From Candidatus Pelagibacterales bacterium (lineage in GTDB: Bacteria > Pseudomonadota > Alphaproteobacteria > Pelagibacterales > Pelagibacteraceae): DNA of 64,000 bases. Location: NCBI GenBank assembly GCA_965244045.1, contig OZ251704.1, positions 189,432-253,431 on the forward strand, written 5' to 3'. Numbering within the stretch: the stretch's first letter is position 1; each line of letters opens with the position of its first letter. Below, piece after piece: positions 42,019-53,372 of the stretch. Below the pieces are notes generated by a model that was not told the origin of the DNA, searched no databases, and saw only the letters and a list, made by a program, of their open reading frames with translations. The position numbers and the translations under genes are program-made.

Positions 42019-42513
42019 ATGCTTATAGTAAATAATAAGGGTGAACTTTGGTACAAGAAAAAGCGATATAAGTGCGCTTATGGTAGAAATGGCTTCACTA
42101 CATCCAAAACAGAGGGTGATGGATGCACACCCATAGGCACTTTTGATTTACTGAGGCTATTTGTAAGAACGGATAGAATTAAAAATCTTAAAACTAAATT
42201 GCCATACCAGGCTATCCATAAAAATATGGCTTGGGAAGATAATCCTAAAAAAAAAAATTATAATAAATTAATTTTTTTAAAAAAAAATCCTCATAAGGAA
42301 AGAATGTTCAGAAAAGATCATCTTTATGATTTAATTTTGGTTATTGAATTTAACACCAAAAAAATTATCAAAGGAAAAGGAAGTGCCATTTTTATACACA
42401 TTGCTAAATCAGGCTACCAACCTACCGCTGGCTGTATTGCTTTAAATAAAAAAGATTTATTAGATCTTTTAAAAAAAATAAAAATTAAAGAAAAAATAAA
42501 AATTACTGGTTAA
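42019..42513 (+). CDS. L,D-transpeptidase (YkuD) family protein
   Basis: EGDGCTPIG, GSAIFIH...TAGCIAL. Confidence 0.88.
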   Translation: MLIVNNKGELWYKKKRYKCAYGRNGFTTSKTEGDGCTPIGTFDLLRLFVRTDRIKNLKTKLPYQAIHKNMAWEDNPKKKNYNKLIFLKKNPHKERMFRKDHLYDLILVIEFNTKKIIKGKGSAIFIHIAKSGYQPTAGCIALNKKDLLDLLKKIKIKEKIKITG

Positions 42514-43150
42514 TACGTAAACCAAAAATTTTACTACCCACCCTGATATGAGTGGAACCTAATTGAGCTGCTTGCATATAATCACTACTCATACCCATAC
42601 TGATCATAGATAAATTAGATTTATCATTTAACTTTTTTAATAAAGTAAAAAACGGAACTGGATCAACATCAAATGGAGGTATGCACATTAAACCTACTAT
42701 TTCTAATTTGTTTAAAATACAATAATCTAATAACGTCTTTAATTCCTCTATCTCAATGCCTGATTTTTGTTTTTCTTTTCCAACATTTACTTGAATAAAA
42801 TATTTCCTTTTTATACCGATTTTTTTTTCTGCCTTAACTAATTCCGATGCAAGTTTCAAACTATCTACTGAATGAATATAATCGAATAATAAAACAGCAT
42901 CTTTGGCTTTATTAGATTGCAAAGATCCAATTAAGTGAAGTTCTAAATTGTTTATTTTGTTCTTTAAATCTGACCATTTTAACTTAGCTTCTTGAACTTT
43001 ATTCTCCCCAAAAACTCTATGTCCAAATTCAATCAATGGTCTAATATGATCTAGAGAAAAAGTTTTGCTCACTGCAATTATAGTTGATTTTAGTCTAGCC
43101 TGATTCAATTCATCCCTTATTTTTATAAAATTTTGTATTATGTTGCTCAT
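42503..43150 (-). CDS. yggS: PLP homeostasis protein (YggS)
   Basis: AVSKT, FGENKVQE, HLIGSLQSNK, GLMCIPP, SMGMS, RVGSKIFG. Confidence 0.94.
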   Translation of the reverse strand: MSNIIQNFIKIRDELNQARLKSTIIAVSKTFSLDHIRPLIEFGHRVFGENKVQEAKLKWSDLKNKINNLELHLIGSLQSNKAKDAVLLFDYIHSVDSLKLASELVKAEKKIGIKRKYFIQVNVGKEKQKSGIEIEELKTLLDYCILNKLEIVGLMCIPPFDVDPVPFFTLLKKLNDKSNLSMISMGMSSDYMQAAQLGSTHIRVGSKIFGLRINQ

Positions 43151-43742
43151 AATGAAAAAGACACAAATTTATTTTTTTTTAGAAGAATTAAATAATATCA
43201 ACATTTCTATGTTAAAAAAATTAAAAAACATCTCATTAATTTACAGAAACTATTCTAAAAATAACTACATAGATAGAGCATTACAAATTAAAAGATTTTC
43301 CAAACAATTTGGTCATAATTTATTTATTGCTAATGATTTACAATTGGCACAAAAACTAAATGTAAACCTATATATTCCCTCATTTAATAAAAAATTAAAA
43401 TATTTGAATCTTAATAATCAAAAAAAAATGAAAGTAATTGGTTCTGCACATAATTACTCTGAAATACAAAAAAAAATATCTCAGGGTTGTATGGGAGTTT
43501 TTATATCTTCTCTTTATCAGACCAGTTCACACATCAACACAAGACCTCTTGGGTTTATAAGATTCTCTATGTTGGAGAAATATTTTAAATCAAAATTAAA
43601 AGTATATGCTCTGGGTGGAATTGGCGCTGACAAAATACAAAAAGTTTGGCAACTCAGTATTTTAGGGTTTGCTCTTAAAAGTTTTTTAGATAAACAACAA
43701 AGTCACAAAAAATTAAATTTTCTTAATTTAATTGCAGGATGA
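43140..43742 (+). CDS. Thiamine-phosphate synthase/TenI-like TIM-barrel protein (divergent; start 43140 or 43152)
   Basis: IAND, GSAHN, YALGGI motifs. Confidence 0.7.
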   Translation: MLLIMKKTQIYFFLEELNNINISMLKKLKNISLIYRNYSKNNYIDRALQIKRFSKQFGHNLFIANDLQLAQKLNVNLYIPSFNKKLKYLNLNNQKKMKVIGSAHNYSEIQKKISQGCMGVFISSLYQTSSHINTRPLGFIRFSMLEKYFKSKLKVYALGGIGADKIQKVWQLSILGFALKSFLDKQQSHKKLNFLNLIAG

Positions 43743-43766
43743 AAAGGAATGCGATAATTGTAAAAA

Positions 43767-46331
43767 ATGTCAGTTGAAAAATTTAATCACCTAGTTGCCG
43801 AAAAAAAATGGCATAAGTTTTGGGAAGATAATAAAATTTTTAAAGCTAGCGATAATAAAAAGCTAAAAAAATTTTATTGTTTAGAAATGTTTCCTTACCC
43901 TTCCGGTAAAATTCACATGGGGCATGTGAGAAACTACACCCTTGGCGACGTAATTGCTAATTTTAAAAGATTAAACGGTTTTAATGTTTTACATCCAATG
44001 GGCTGGGATTCTTTTGGAATGCCTGCAGAAAATGCTGCTATTCAAAATAAACTTCATCCCAAAAAGTGGACGCACAGCAACATTGAAACCATGAAGTCAC
44101 AACTAAAATTATTAGGATTTTCAATTGATTGGGATAAGGAAATTTCTACCTGCGATGAGAGCTATTATAAACACCAGCAAAAATTTTTTTTAGATTTATA
44201 CAAAAAAGGACTCGTATATAAAAAAGAAAGTTTAGTAAATTGGGATCCAGTTGACAACACAGTGTTAGCCAATGAACAAGTGGTAGATGGAAAAGGATGG
44301 AGATCTGGAGCAGACGTAATTCAAAAAAAATTATCTCAATGGTTTTTTAAAATTACAGAATATGCAGAAGATTTAAATCAATCTTTAGATACCCTCACTA
44401 ATTGGCCAGAAAAAGTTAAGTTAATGCAAAAAAATTGGATCGGAAAGTCCAAGGGTTGCGAAATAGAATTTGATTTAACATCCTCGAGCAGTAATAAAAA
44501 AATTAATATTTTTACTACTCGTCCAGATACTATATTTGGCGCATCTTTTATTGCCTTAGCAATTGATCATCCTATTGCTAAAGAGTACGAACAAACTGAT
44601 GAATTCAAAGAATTTAAAGAACAGTCTTATAAAATTGGTAATACAGATGAAGCAATTGCTAAAACTGAGAAATTCGGATTTAAAACTAATTACGTTGCTC
44701 AACATCCCTTTATTAAGAATAAAACATTGCCGGTATACTTTGCTAACTTTGTGCTTATGGAATACGGTACTGGAGCAATTTTTGGCTGTCCTGCCCACGA
44801 TCAACGAGATTTAGATTTTGCTAGAAAATATAAACTAGAAGTTACACCAGTAATACTTCCTAAAGGAATTAAACAAAGTGAATTTAAAATTAATAAGGAA
44901 GCATACCTTGAAGATGGAACATTAATTAATTCTGAATTTTTAAATGGTCTTGATGTAGATAAAGCAAAAGAACTAATTATAGAAAAGTTCGAGAGAGTAA
45001 ATAAAGGAAAAGGAAAAACAACATTTCGTTTAAGAGATTGGGGTATCTCAAGACAAAGATACTGGGGATGTCCCATACCTATATTGTATCGAGAGGATGG
45101 AGCAATCATTCCAGTACCTGAAAAAGATTTGCCCGTTAGACTTCCTGAAGATATCAACTTTGATAAACCAGGTAATCCTCTTGACCATCATCCGACTTGG
45201 AAATTTACGACTTGTCCTGAAACAGGGATGAAAGCAATTAGAGAAACAGACACTTTAGATACTTTTGTTGACTCTTCTTGGTATTTTTTAAGATTTTGTT
45301 CCAGTAATAACAAAGAAAAAGGCTACGAAATAGATGATGCCAAATATTGGATGCCAGTTGATCAATATATTGGAGGGGTAGAACATGCTATATTGCACTT
45401 ATTATATTCTCGTTTTTTCTCTAGAGCTATAAGTTCAGACACAGAGTTTGAGATTAGAGAACCTTTCCATGGATTATTTACTCAAGGAATGGTTTGCCAC
45501 AAAACTTTTAAAACTGAAGATGGACAATGGACTTATCCTGAAGACGTACTAGAAAAAGATGGAAATTTTTTCGAAAAAAACTCAAATAAAAAAATAATTA
45601 TCGGGCCGTCAGAGTCGATGTCCAAATCGAAAAAAAATGTCGTAGATCCTCAGGCAGTTATTAATATGTATGGAGCAGATTCTGTTCGATGGTTTATGCT
45701 ATCAGACAGTCCTCCTGAACGTGACATTCAATGGAGTGATGAAGGTATTGCTGGTTGTTATAAATTCATACAAAAAATTTGGTCTTGTTCGGAAAAAATT
45801 TTAAATATTTCTGATAGCAAAGAAATTTCTGCTAATGAAAAAACGAACTTAGAAAAATTAATTAATAAATTAACAAAAGAAATTACGCATAATATTGAAA
45901 ATTTTCATTTTAACGTTGCTGTAGCTAAATTTTATGAATTTATTAATAATTTTACAAAAATTTTAAATGATAATAATCAGGACAAAAAAATTTACATAGA
46001 ACATTTTAATCAATTTTTAATATTGATTTATCCATTCACACCTCATGTTGCATTTGAAATCTGGGAAAAAATTAATAAAAAAAAAGATTTACATCTACAA
46101 AAGTGGCCTTCTTTTAAAGAAAGTTTGCTAAGGGAAGAAGAATTTAACATAGTTGTCCAAATCAACGGAAAAAAAAGGGCTATTTTACTAGCTAAAAGTG
46201 GACTAACTGAAGAGCAGTTATTTCAAATGAGTTTGGGGCTAGATAATGTTAAAAAACTTCTTGAAAACAAAAAAATTATCAAAAAAATATACGTAAAAAA
46301 TAAACTGATCAACATAGTAATTCATGAATAA
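43767..46331 (+). CDS. leuS: Leucine--tRNA ligase
   Basis: MFPYPSG, HMGH, TTRPDT, SMSKS. Confidence 0.98.
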   Translation: MSVEKFNHLVAEKKWHKFWEDNKIFKASDNKKLKKFYCLEMFPYPSGKIHMGHVRNYTLGDVIANFKRLNGFNVLHPMGWDSFGMPAENAAIQNKLHPKKWTHSNIETMKSQLKLLGFSIDWDKEISTCDESYYKHQQKFFLDLYKKGLVYKKESLVNWDPVDNTVLANEQVVDGKGWRSGADVIQKKLSQWFFKITEYAEDLNQSLDTLTNWPEKVKLMQKNWIGKSKGCEIEFDLTSSSSNKKINIFTTRPDTIFGASFIALAIDHPIAKEYEQTDEFKEFKEQSYKIGNTDEAIAKTEKFGFKTNYVAQHPFIKNKTLPVYFANFVLMEYGTGAIFGCPAHDQRDLDFARKYKLEVTPVILPKGIKQSEFKINKEAYLEDGTLINSEFLNGLDVDKAKELIIEKFERVNKGKGKTTFRLRDWGISRQRYWGCPIPILYREDGAIIPVPEKDLPVRLPEDINFDKPGNPLDHHPTWKFTTCPETGMKAIRETDTLDTFVDSSWYFLRFCSSNNKEKGYEIDDAKYWMPVDQYIGGVEHAILHLLYSRFFSRAISSDTEFEIREPFHGLFTQGMVCHKTFKTEDGQWTYPEDVLEKDGNFFEKNSNKKIIIGPSESMSKSKKNVVDPQAVINMYGADSVRWFMLSDSPPERDIQWSDEGIAGCYKFIQKIWSCSEKILNISDSKEISANEKTNLEKLINKLTKEITHNIENFHFNVAVAKFYEFINNFTKILNDNNQDKKIYIEHFNQFLILIYPFTPHVAFEIWEKINKKKDLHLQKWPSFKESLLREEEFNIVVQINGKKRAILLAKSGLTEEQLFQMSLGLDNVKKLLENKKIIKKIYVKNKLINIVIHE

Positions 46332-46806
46332 AAAATTCTTTTTTTTATCAATAATTTTTATCTTTCTTTCGGGATGTGGTTTTGAGCCAATGTTAAAAAA
46401 TTTTGATATGTCCAAACTTAATGTAAAAAAAATAAATTATTCAGGCAAAAATGATCTTAATTATCTAATTAAAAATTACTTAAATATTGATGAGAAAAAT
46501 AATGCAAATGGTTTGGTTGTAAATTTAACTGTAACCGAAAGTGTTTCTTCTGCTACTAAAAATTCTGCTGGAATTACTACGGAGGAAGACTTAACAATTA
46601 ATATTACTATGAATGTGGTTGATAGTGAAAATAAAAATCTATTAACAGACACGTTGTCAGCGGCTAAACGATTGACAGTAAGTAATAATTTAAGTTCTGA
46701 CGAAGAAACAAGAAGAAACGAAAGAAACAATTTAATAAGAAATCTTACTCAAAAAATCAAATTTAAATTACAGCTGGTCGCTAAACAAAATCAAACCAAA
46801 AAATGA
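46324..46806 (+). CDS. lptE: LptE-like lipoprotein
   Basis: LSGCGF lipobox; leuS-lptE-holA synteny. Confidence 0.72.
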   Translation: MNKKFFFLSIIFIFLSGCGFEPMLKNFDMSKLNVKKINYSGKNDLNYLIKNYLNIDEKNNANGLVVNLTVTESVSSATKNSAGITTEEDLTINITMNVVDSENKNLLTDTLSAAKRLTVSNNLSSDEETRRNERNNLIRNLTQKIKFKLQLVAKQNQTKK

Positions 46807-47816
46807 TTTTTAAAAGTTTTAGTTTAAACTTCAAAGATCTTTTGAAAAAAAACTTCATTCTTTTATATGGCGAAAATTTATCGCTAATTTCAGAAATAGA
46901 GGATAAAATATTGGCAGAGGCAAAAACTCAACTAGGATTAATCCCCAAACGTTACCAGGAAGAATATTTGATGCAACATCCAGAACTATTGCATCAAATT
47001 CTAAATTCTGATGCATTATTTGGAGAGCAAGAAATTATAATAATAGGAAAATCCTCTGACAAAATTCTAGACCAACTTGAGTTAGAAACTGCAAAAAGTA
47101 GCGAAAAAAAGATTATTTTTTTATCAGATATGCTAACTAAAAAATCAAAGTTAAGAACCGCATCTGAAAATTCTGAAAATTTTGCATCTATTGCTTGTTA
47201 CAATGACACTCCTGAGCAATTACAAAGTATTTTAGCTCAAAAATTAAAAGATAATAAAATAACTGTTTCACGAGAGCTTTTAAACTCTATCTTTGAGAAA
47301 AATTCTTTAAATCGACAAGACATAAATGATGGAATTAATAAGCTACAACTAATTCAAAAATCTTCTGCAATAACTGACGATACATTAAAAAATATTTTTT
47401 ACTCCTCCAGTGATAATGATAATTTTGAAATTATAAATTATTGTCTTCTTGGAGATAAAAAAAATATTAATAAAGTTTTAAATAATATTTATGCACAAGG
47501 AATTAGTTTTAATGAAATACTTGCAGCACTTAAATACAAAGTTAATAAATTAATTGATATTTTTGAATCAAATACAAATCATTTAAATATTTCTCAATTA
47601 GTAGAAAGTTATAAGCCGCCTATTTTTTGGAAAGAGAAAAATATAATTAAGGAACAATTAAATCGGTGGACTTTAAAAGAATTATATCAATTGCTAGAGA
47701 TAATTTTTGAAACTGAAATCAATTGTAAAAAAAATTATGAAATCTCTACAACTATTTTACAACAATTCATCATTACCACCTCTACGAAAGATTGTTTAGA
47801 GAATAGATTTGCTTAA
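46803..47816 (+). CDS. holA: DNA polymerase III delta subunit
   Basis: LLYGEN, LFG, KSKLR, IACY, PPIFWK; synteny. Confidence 0.88.
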   Translation: MIFKSFSLNFKDLLKKNFILLYGENLSLISEIEDKILAEAKTQLGLIPKRYQEEYLMQHPELLHQILNSDALFGEQEIIIIGKSSDKILDQLELETAKSSEKKIIFLSDMLTKKSKLRTASENSENFASIACYNDTPEQLQSILAQKLKDNKITVSRELLNSIFEKNSLNRQDINDGINKLQLIQKSSAITDDTLKNIFYSSSDNDNFEIINYCLLGDKKNINKVLNNIYAQGISFNEILAALKYKVNKLIDIFESNTNHLNISQLVESYKPPIFWKEKNIIKEQLNRWTLKELYQLLEIIFETEINCKKNYEISTTILQQFIITTSTKDCLENRFA

Positions 47817-48691
47817 TAATTATCTTTGATAGTTTTTATTAAGTGATCTAACTGAGCTAGATTTGTATATTCAAAACTTATTCGACCACCTTTGTTTTTT
47901 TTGTGTGAAATAGATACAGACATCCCGGTTTTATTTTGAATATCCTCCACCAAAGAAAGAATATTTGGATCTTCTGCCTGCTTAGTTCTCTTTTTGGAAC
48001 TGGATCCAATCGATTGAGTTTTTTTAGCCAAAAACTCCGCCTGTCTAACTGATAGATTATTATTCACGATATTCCTAGCTAATTCGACATTACCTTCAAC
48101 ATCAATCAAAGCCCTGGCATGTCCTGGAGTTAATAATCCATTAATAATCATGTCTTGAATTACTTGAGGCAATTTTTTTAACCTTAAAGTATTCGCGATA
48201 TGAGCTCTGCTTTTACCTATCATCTCTGATAGCTGATCTTGAGTATAATTAAATTTGTTCATTAGTAGATCAAACCCATTTGCTTCTTCTAGAGCATTTA
48301 ATCCTTCCCTTTGAACATTTTCTAAAACTGCAAATTCAGCAGCTAAAGCATCATCTACGTCCAATTTGACTACTGGTACTTCATGTAATTGCGCAAGTTG
48401 GGCAGCTCTCCATCGTCTTTCACCAGCAATAATCTCATAAGTATTTTCATCAGATTTTCTAACTACAATGGGTTGAATAATTCCTCTTGTTTTAATTGAT
48501 TGCGCTAGTTCTTCTAATTGTTTTTTATCAAAATTTTTTCTTGGCTGAAATCTATTCGGTTTTAAATAGTGAATAGACATTTTTTCTGTATTAAAATTTT
48601 GATCTATTTTTTTTTCAACAATATCCGATTCTCCCAATAAAGCTGCTAGACCTTTTCCTAATCCTTTATTTTTAAAATTATTTAATACCAT
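47813..48691 (-). CDS. parB: Chromosome partitioning protein ParB
   Basis: GLGKGL, QPRK, IIAGERRWRA, ENVQR, HTH GKSRAHIANTLRL. Confidence 0.96.
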   Translation of the reverse strand: MVLNNFKNKGLGKGLAALLGESDIVEKKIDQNFNTEKMSIHYLKPNRFQPRKNFDKKQLEELAQSIKTRGIIQPIVVRKSDENTYEIIAGERRWRAAQLAQLHEVPVVKLDVDDALAAEFAVLENVQREGLNALEEANGFDLLMNKFNYTQDQLSEMIGKSRAHIANTLRLKKLPQVIQDMIINGLLTPGHARALIDVEGNVELARNIVNNNLSVRQAEFLAKKTQSIGSSSKKRTKQAEDPNILSLVEDIQNKTGMSVSISHKKNKGGRISFEYTNLAQLDHLIKTIKDNY

Positions 48692-49479
48692 TACGCTGCA
48701 AAGTTAAATTTTTTTTGTTTTTCTAAAATTTCCACTGCCAATTTTTCATAAGCAATAGATCCGGCACAATATTTATCATAAACTAACACGGGCAGGCCGT
48801 GGGATGGAGCTTCGGATATTCTGATATTTCTCGGAATTACCGTATTATAAACTTGCTCACCAAAAAATTTTCTAGCCTCAGCTTCAACTTGAGAACACAG
48901 TTTGTTTCTTTTATCAAACATAGTTAAAATTATTCCTTCGACCTCTAATATTTTATTTAAACTTAATTTAATTCTATTAATTGTTTTTAATAACTGAGTT
49001 AATCCCTCCAAAGCAAAAAATTCGGTCTGCAAAGGTACAATTACAGAATTTGATGCGACCAAGGCCATTACCGTCAATAAGCTCAGTGATGGTGGGCAAT
49101 CTATAAGTATCTGATTATATTGATTTTTTTCTCTTATTTCATTCATAATTTCTTTTAAAATAAAGGCCCTATTCTTATTTTCAGCAACTTCGGTCTCAAA
49201 ACCTGAAAGTTCGACATTAGCACAAATAATATCTAAATTTTCAATTTTTGTTTGCTTCACGTAATGTTGCAAATTGTTTCGTTCACTTAAAAGTTTGTAG
49301 ATGGAATTTTCTCTATCATTGTTTTCAATGCCAACGCCTGTTGAGGCATTACCTTGGGGATCCAAATCAATCATTAAAGTTTTTTGACCAAGTTGGGCAA
49401 AAGCACACCCAAGATTAATGGCGGTTGTCGTCTTCCCAACTCCACCTTTTTGATTTATTACAGAAATGACTCTATTCAT
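48691..49479 (-). CDS. parA: Chromosome partitioning ATPase ParA
   Basis: NQKGGVGKTT, DLDPQGNA, IDCPPSL, EAPSHG. Confidence 0.96.
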   Translation of the reverse strand: MNRVISVINQKGGVGKTTTAINLGCAFAQLGQKTLMIDLDPQGNASTGVGIENNDRENSIYKLLSERNNLQHYVKQTKIENLDIICANVELSGFETEVAENKNRAFILKEIMNEIREKNQYNQILIDCPPSLSLLTVMALVASNSVIVPLQTEFFALEGLTQLLKTINRIKLSLNKILEVEGIILTMFDKRNKLCSQVEAEARKFFGEQVYNTVIPRNIRISEAPSHGLPVLVYDKYCAGSIAYEKLAVEILEKQKKFNFAA

Positions 49480-49482
49480 AGC

Positions 49483-50100
49483 TTAAATTCTTTTAACACT
49501 ATTTATTACAAAAACCTTCGATAGAGGGTTAGTAACACTTTCATGTTGATCACAATTTATTTCCCAATGTTTCGAAGCCTCTTCCATCTCTTTTTTATGA
49601 CTTTCACCTTTAAGAAGTAGAATTTTATTAAAATTTATCCTTCCTTCCTCTAAAATTTCTAAAAACAAACTCAATGGCTTAAATGCCCTACTAACTAATA
49701 CGCTATAGTCTTTTCTTTTAATTTTTTTAACATCATCATTATGTATTACCACATCTATTTTCAAATAATCAGACAACTCCTGTAGATAAGTGCACTTTTT
49801 TATACTTTTTTCTGATAATTCTACTTTAAAATTTAAATTTAGGTCTTTTTTTATTAATTCCAACACTATGCCTGGAAAACCTGCGCCTGAACCTATATCT
49901 AAGATATTTTTAGCATTTTTATCGATAAATTTTATCAACTGAGCAGAATCTTCTATGTGTCTGCTCATTACTATTTTTTCTGTGGATTTTGATATTAGGT
50001 TGATTTTTTGATTATAATTAACTAAAAAATCTGCATATTTTATGAGTTTTTTATGTGTTTCACGTGAAACAATGCTATCAAGATATTTTGTAAGAATCAT
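49483..50100 (-). CDS. rsmG: 16S rRNA m7G527 methyltransferase
   Basis: INLIS, RHIEDS, DIGSGAGFPG, SRAF. Confidence 0.94.
   Translation of the reverse strand: MILTKYLDSIVSRETHKKLIKYADFLVNYNQKINLISKSTEKIVMSRHIEDSAQLIKFIDKNAKNILDIGSGAGFPGIVLELIKKDLNLNFKVELSEKSIKKCTYLQELSDYLKIDVVIHNDDVKKIKRKDYSVLVSRAFKPLSLFLEILEEGRINFNKILLLKGESHKKEMEEASKHWEINCDQHESVTNPLSKVFVINSVKRI
50056..50071. promoter_or_regulatory. parS centromere site inside rsmG
   Basis: Perfect consensus palindrome TGTTTCACGTGAAACA, ~580 bp upstream of parA. Confidence 0.93.
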
Positions 50101-51963
50101 TTAAGCAGATTGCTTAAATTTATATCTTTTTGTGTATGCTAATAAAAGGTTAATCGCTGCAGGAGTCATACCTTCCATTCTTAAAGCTTGTCCAAAAGTC
50201 TCAGGTTTAATTAGCATTAACTTCTTTTTTACCTCTGCTGTAAGTCCGCTTATTTTGTCATAATCGATGTTTTCTGGTATTTTTAAGCCTTCATCCTTTT
50301 TAAATTTTTTAATATCTGCCTCTTGCTTTGAATAATAGCCCTTGTAATGATTGTCTATTTTAATGTGATTTATAACATCTTCATCTGATTCTGGTAAATC
50401 GGCAAATATTTCCCTTAATTTTGAATAGTTTACTCCCTTATATCCCATAAGTTCAATGCCATTTCGTTTAACACCGTCCATAGAAATAGAAATATTGTGC
50501 TTTTTGGCCTTATTTGGAGTTAAATATACTTTTGATAAAGCTATTTTAACTTTATTAATTCCATCCTGTTTATCTTTAAAATTTTTAATCCTTTCTTTTC
50601 CTAAACATCCTAATTTAATTGCAATAGGAGAAAGTCTAATATCAGCATTATCTGCTCTCAATGTCAGCCTATATTCGGCCCTAGAAGTGAACATTCTATA
50701 TGGCTCAGCCACCCCTTTGGTAACTAAATCATCAATCATAACTCCTATGTATGCTTCAGATCTATCAAGAACGAAAGGTTCTTTGCCTTGGCAAGACAAA
50801 GCAGCATTTATACCTGCGACTAGCCCTTGAGCAGCAGCTTCCTCATAGCCAGTGGTTCCATTAATCTGACCAGCCAAATAAAAAGATTTAATTTTTTTAA
50901 GTTCCAACGTGTACTTAAGCTCTCTTGGATCAACATAATCATATTCTATGGCATATCCTGCCCTTATCATTTTAACATTAGATAAACCATTGATTTTAAA
51001 CAATATTTCTTGCTGAACATCTTCTGGAAGAGAAGTTGAAATGCCATTTGGATAAATTGTAAAGTCGTCCAGTCCTTCTGGTTCTAAAAATATTTGATGT
51101 CTTTGCTTGTCAGCAAATTTTACAATCTTGTCTTCGATTGAAGGACAATATCTTGGTCCAACACCTTTTATATTTCCAGAGTACATTGCAGATTTTTTTA
51201 TGTTACGAGAAATAATTTTATGAACTTCATCATTTGTATATGTGATGCTGCAAGGAACTTGATTTACATTTATTTTTTTTGTCTGCGTTGAAAAGAAAAA
51301 AGGATTTTCATCTGCAACCTGTTTTTCCAAACCTTCAAAATTTATTGTTCGAGAATCTAATCTTGGTGGCGTTCCAGTTTTTAATCTTCCAAACATTAAA
51401 TTAAATTTTTGTAATTGTTCTGTAAGACCAAGAGTAGGAGCTTCACCAAATCTTCCAGCCGGGGTCATCTTGTTACCAACATGAATAACTCCATTTAAAA
51501 AAGTTCCGGTAGTTAAAATAATTTTTTTAAATTTGATTTCTTTTCCTGAAGCTAAAATCACTGCTTTGATCTCATTTTTATCAAAAACAAATGACCTAAC
51601 AGGATCGTAAATAATGCTTAAATTACAATGACTTATTAGTGTTTCAAGCATATATTTTTTATAAAGTGACCTATCCGACTGCGTTCTTGGTCCACGAACA
51701 GCTGGTCCTCTACTTGCGTTTAATAATTTAAATTGAATACCTGATGCATCAGAAACTTTTGGCATCACACCGTCAAAAGCATCTATCTCTCTTACCAAAT
51801 GTCCTTTTCCTAATCCACCGATCGCAGGGTTGCATGACATCTCGCCAATAGAATTTTTGTTGGTAGTAATAAGAGCTGTGTTAACTCCCATTCGTGCAGA
51901 TGCTGCTGCAGCTTCACAACCTGCATGACCTCCACCAATAACTACGACATCAAAACTTTCCAT
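50101..51963 (-). CDS. mnmG: tRNA U34 modification enzyme MnmG (GidA)
   Basis: [43 protein letters not shown]. Confidence 0.98.
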   Translation of the reverse strand: MESFDVVVIGGGHAGCEAAAASARMGVNTALITTNKNSIGEMSCNPAIGGLGKGHLVREIDAFDGVMPKVSDASGIQFKLLNASRGPAVRGPRTQSDRSLYKKYMLETLISHCNLSIIYDPVRSFVFDKNEIKAVILASGKEIKFKKIILTTGTFLNGVIHVGNKMTPAGRFGEAPTLGLTEQLQKFNLMFGRLKTGTPPRLDSRTINFEGLEKQVADENPFFFSTQTKKINVNQVPCSITYTNDEVHKIISRNIKKSAMYSGNIKGVGPRYCPSIEDKIVKFADKQRHQIFLEPEGLDDFTIYPNGISTSLPEDVQQEILFKINGLSNVKMIRAGYAIEYDYVDPRELKYTLELKKIKSFYLAGQINGTTGYEEAAAQGLVAGINAALSCQGKEPFVLDRSEAYIGVMIDDLVTKGVAEPYRMFTSRAEYRLTLRADNADIRLSPIAIKLGCLGKERIKNFKDKQDGINKVKIALSKVYLTPNKAKKHNISISMDGVKRNGIELMGYKGVNYSKLREIFADLPESDEDVINHIKIDNHYKGYYSKQEADIKKFKKDEGLKIPENIDYDKISGLTAEVKKKLMLIKPETFGQALRMEGMTPAAINLLLAYTKRYKFKQSA

Positions 51964-52029
51964 GCTCGAAATGTATATCGAAGGAATTAATTTACAAGTG
52001 AGTATTAATAAAATTGAAGAATTTTTTAT

Positions 52030-53370
52030 CTATTTTCCAACGCAAAAATCTTTGAATATTCTTCCAAGAACTTCCTCTACACCGATAAAACCAACTATTT
52101 CACCTAGGAAATTAGAGGCAATTCTTAGCTCTTCCGCTACTTTTTCAATATCTTTGGATTTTGAAATTTGTAAGAAATTTTTTAGATGTTTAGAAGTTTT
52201 AATTAATAAAGTTCTATGTCGATTTCTAGAAATAAGCGTATTAGAATTACTCAAATAAAGATCACTTACCAAATTTTCCAATTCCTTTATAAAGTGATTA
52301 TAACCATATTTTGTAATAGTTGAAAAATCATAATGACCAATGAATTTTTTGTTTTTTAATTCTCTTAAATAAAAATTTTTCTTAAAAGATTTTTTATCTT
52401 GCTTATTAATAATCAATAAACTTTTTTCATTAATTAATTTTTTTATTTCATTTGGAATTTTTTTTTGGGTTCCATCTATAATTAAAATATTTAAATTTGA
52501 TTCTTTTGCTTTTTTTAATGCTAAATTAATTCCAATTTTTTCAACTTTATTTTTTGTGTCTCTAATTCCCGCAGTATCGAATAGAACAATAGGTAAATTT
52601 TTAAGTTGGAACTGGACTTCAATGATATCTCTGGTCGTTCCCTTCATGTTTGAAACTATGGCTGCATTTCTGTTAGCCATAAGATTTAAAAAACTAGATT
52701 TTCCAGAATTAGGAGCTCCCAAAATAGCTATTTTAAAACCTTCTCTGATAATCTCTCCAATTTTGTGGTCTCCCAGCATGTTCTCAATTTCTTCGCATAT
52801 TTCCTTGATTTTTTGATCATTACCTTCCAAAATATTAGCTGGCAAATCCTCTTCGGAGAAATCTATGGCTGCCTCATACTTGCTCATGACATCTAAAATT
52901 TTCTCTCTCCACTTCATAAATAAAGGAGAACTATTTTTTAGTCTTAAAGCCTGGGCTCTTTGGCCCTCAGTCTCGGCATTTAATAAATCAGCAATACTCT
53001 CGGCTTCGTACAAATTAATTTTATTATTTAAAAGGGCCTGCTTGGTAAATTCTCCCGGCTTGGCTAATTGACAATCGGTCCTGAAAGATAATTCATTTAA
53101 GAATTTATTTATAACTGCCTTACTACCATGAACATGAAACTCAACAAGATCATCACCTGTATAACTCTGTCCTTTCGGATACCAAATAACAATTCCTTCA
53201 TCAATTATTTCTTTTTTTGAATCATAAAAATTTTTTAATATAGCCATTCTTGGTTTATCAATAGATCCTCTGACTATTTCCTTTGCGATACTAAGAGAAT
53301 TTTTTCCTGACAGCCTAATAATGGCAATTCCAGAAACTCCTGGAGGAGTTGACAAAGCATAAATAGTCAT
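52030..53370 (-). CDS. mnmE: tRNA modification GTPase MnmE
   Basis: TIYALST, GAPNSGKSS, GTTRD, DTAGIR, FCVGK C-terminus. Confidence 0.97.
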   Translation of the reverse strand: MTIYALSTPPGVSGIAIIRLSGKNSLSIAKEIVRGSIDKPRMAILKNFYDSKKEIIDEGIVIWYPKGQSYTGDDLVEFHVHGSKAVINKFLNELSFRTDCQLAKPGEFTKQALLNNKINLYEAESIADLLNAETEGQRAQALRLKNSSPLFMKWREKILDVMSKYEAAIDFSEEDLPANILEGNDQKIKEICEEIENMLGDHKIGEIIREGFKIAILGAPNSGKSSFLNLMANRNAAIVSNMKGTTRDIIEVQFQLKNLPIVLFDTAGIRDTKNKVEKIGINLALKKAKESNLNILIIDGTQKKIPNEIKKLINEKSLLIINKQDKKSFKKNFYLRELKNKKFIGHYDFSTITKYGYNHFIKELENLVSDLYLSNSNTLISRNRHRTLLIKTSKHLKNFLQISKSKDIEKVAEELRIASNFLGEIVGFIGVEEVLGRIFKDFCVGK

Positions 53371-53372
53371 AC

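Noticed and set aside
47264-47279. Second parS-like sequence TGTTTCACGAGAGCTT in holA
   Set aside because: Only the left half matches (5 mismatches); explained by VSRE codons.
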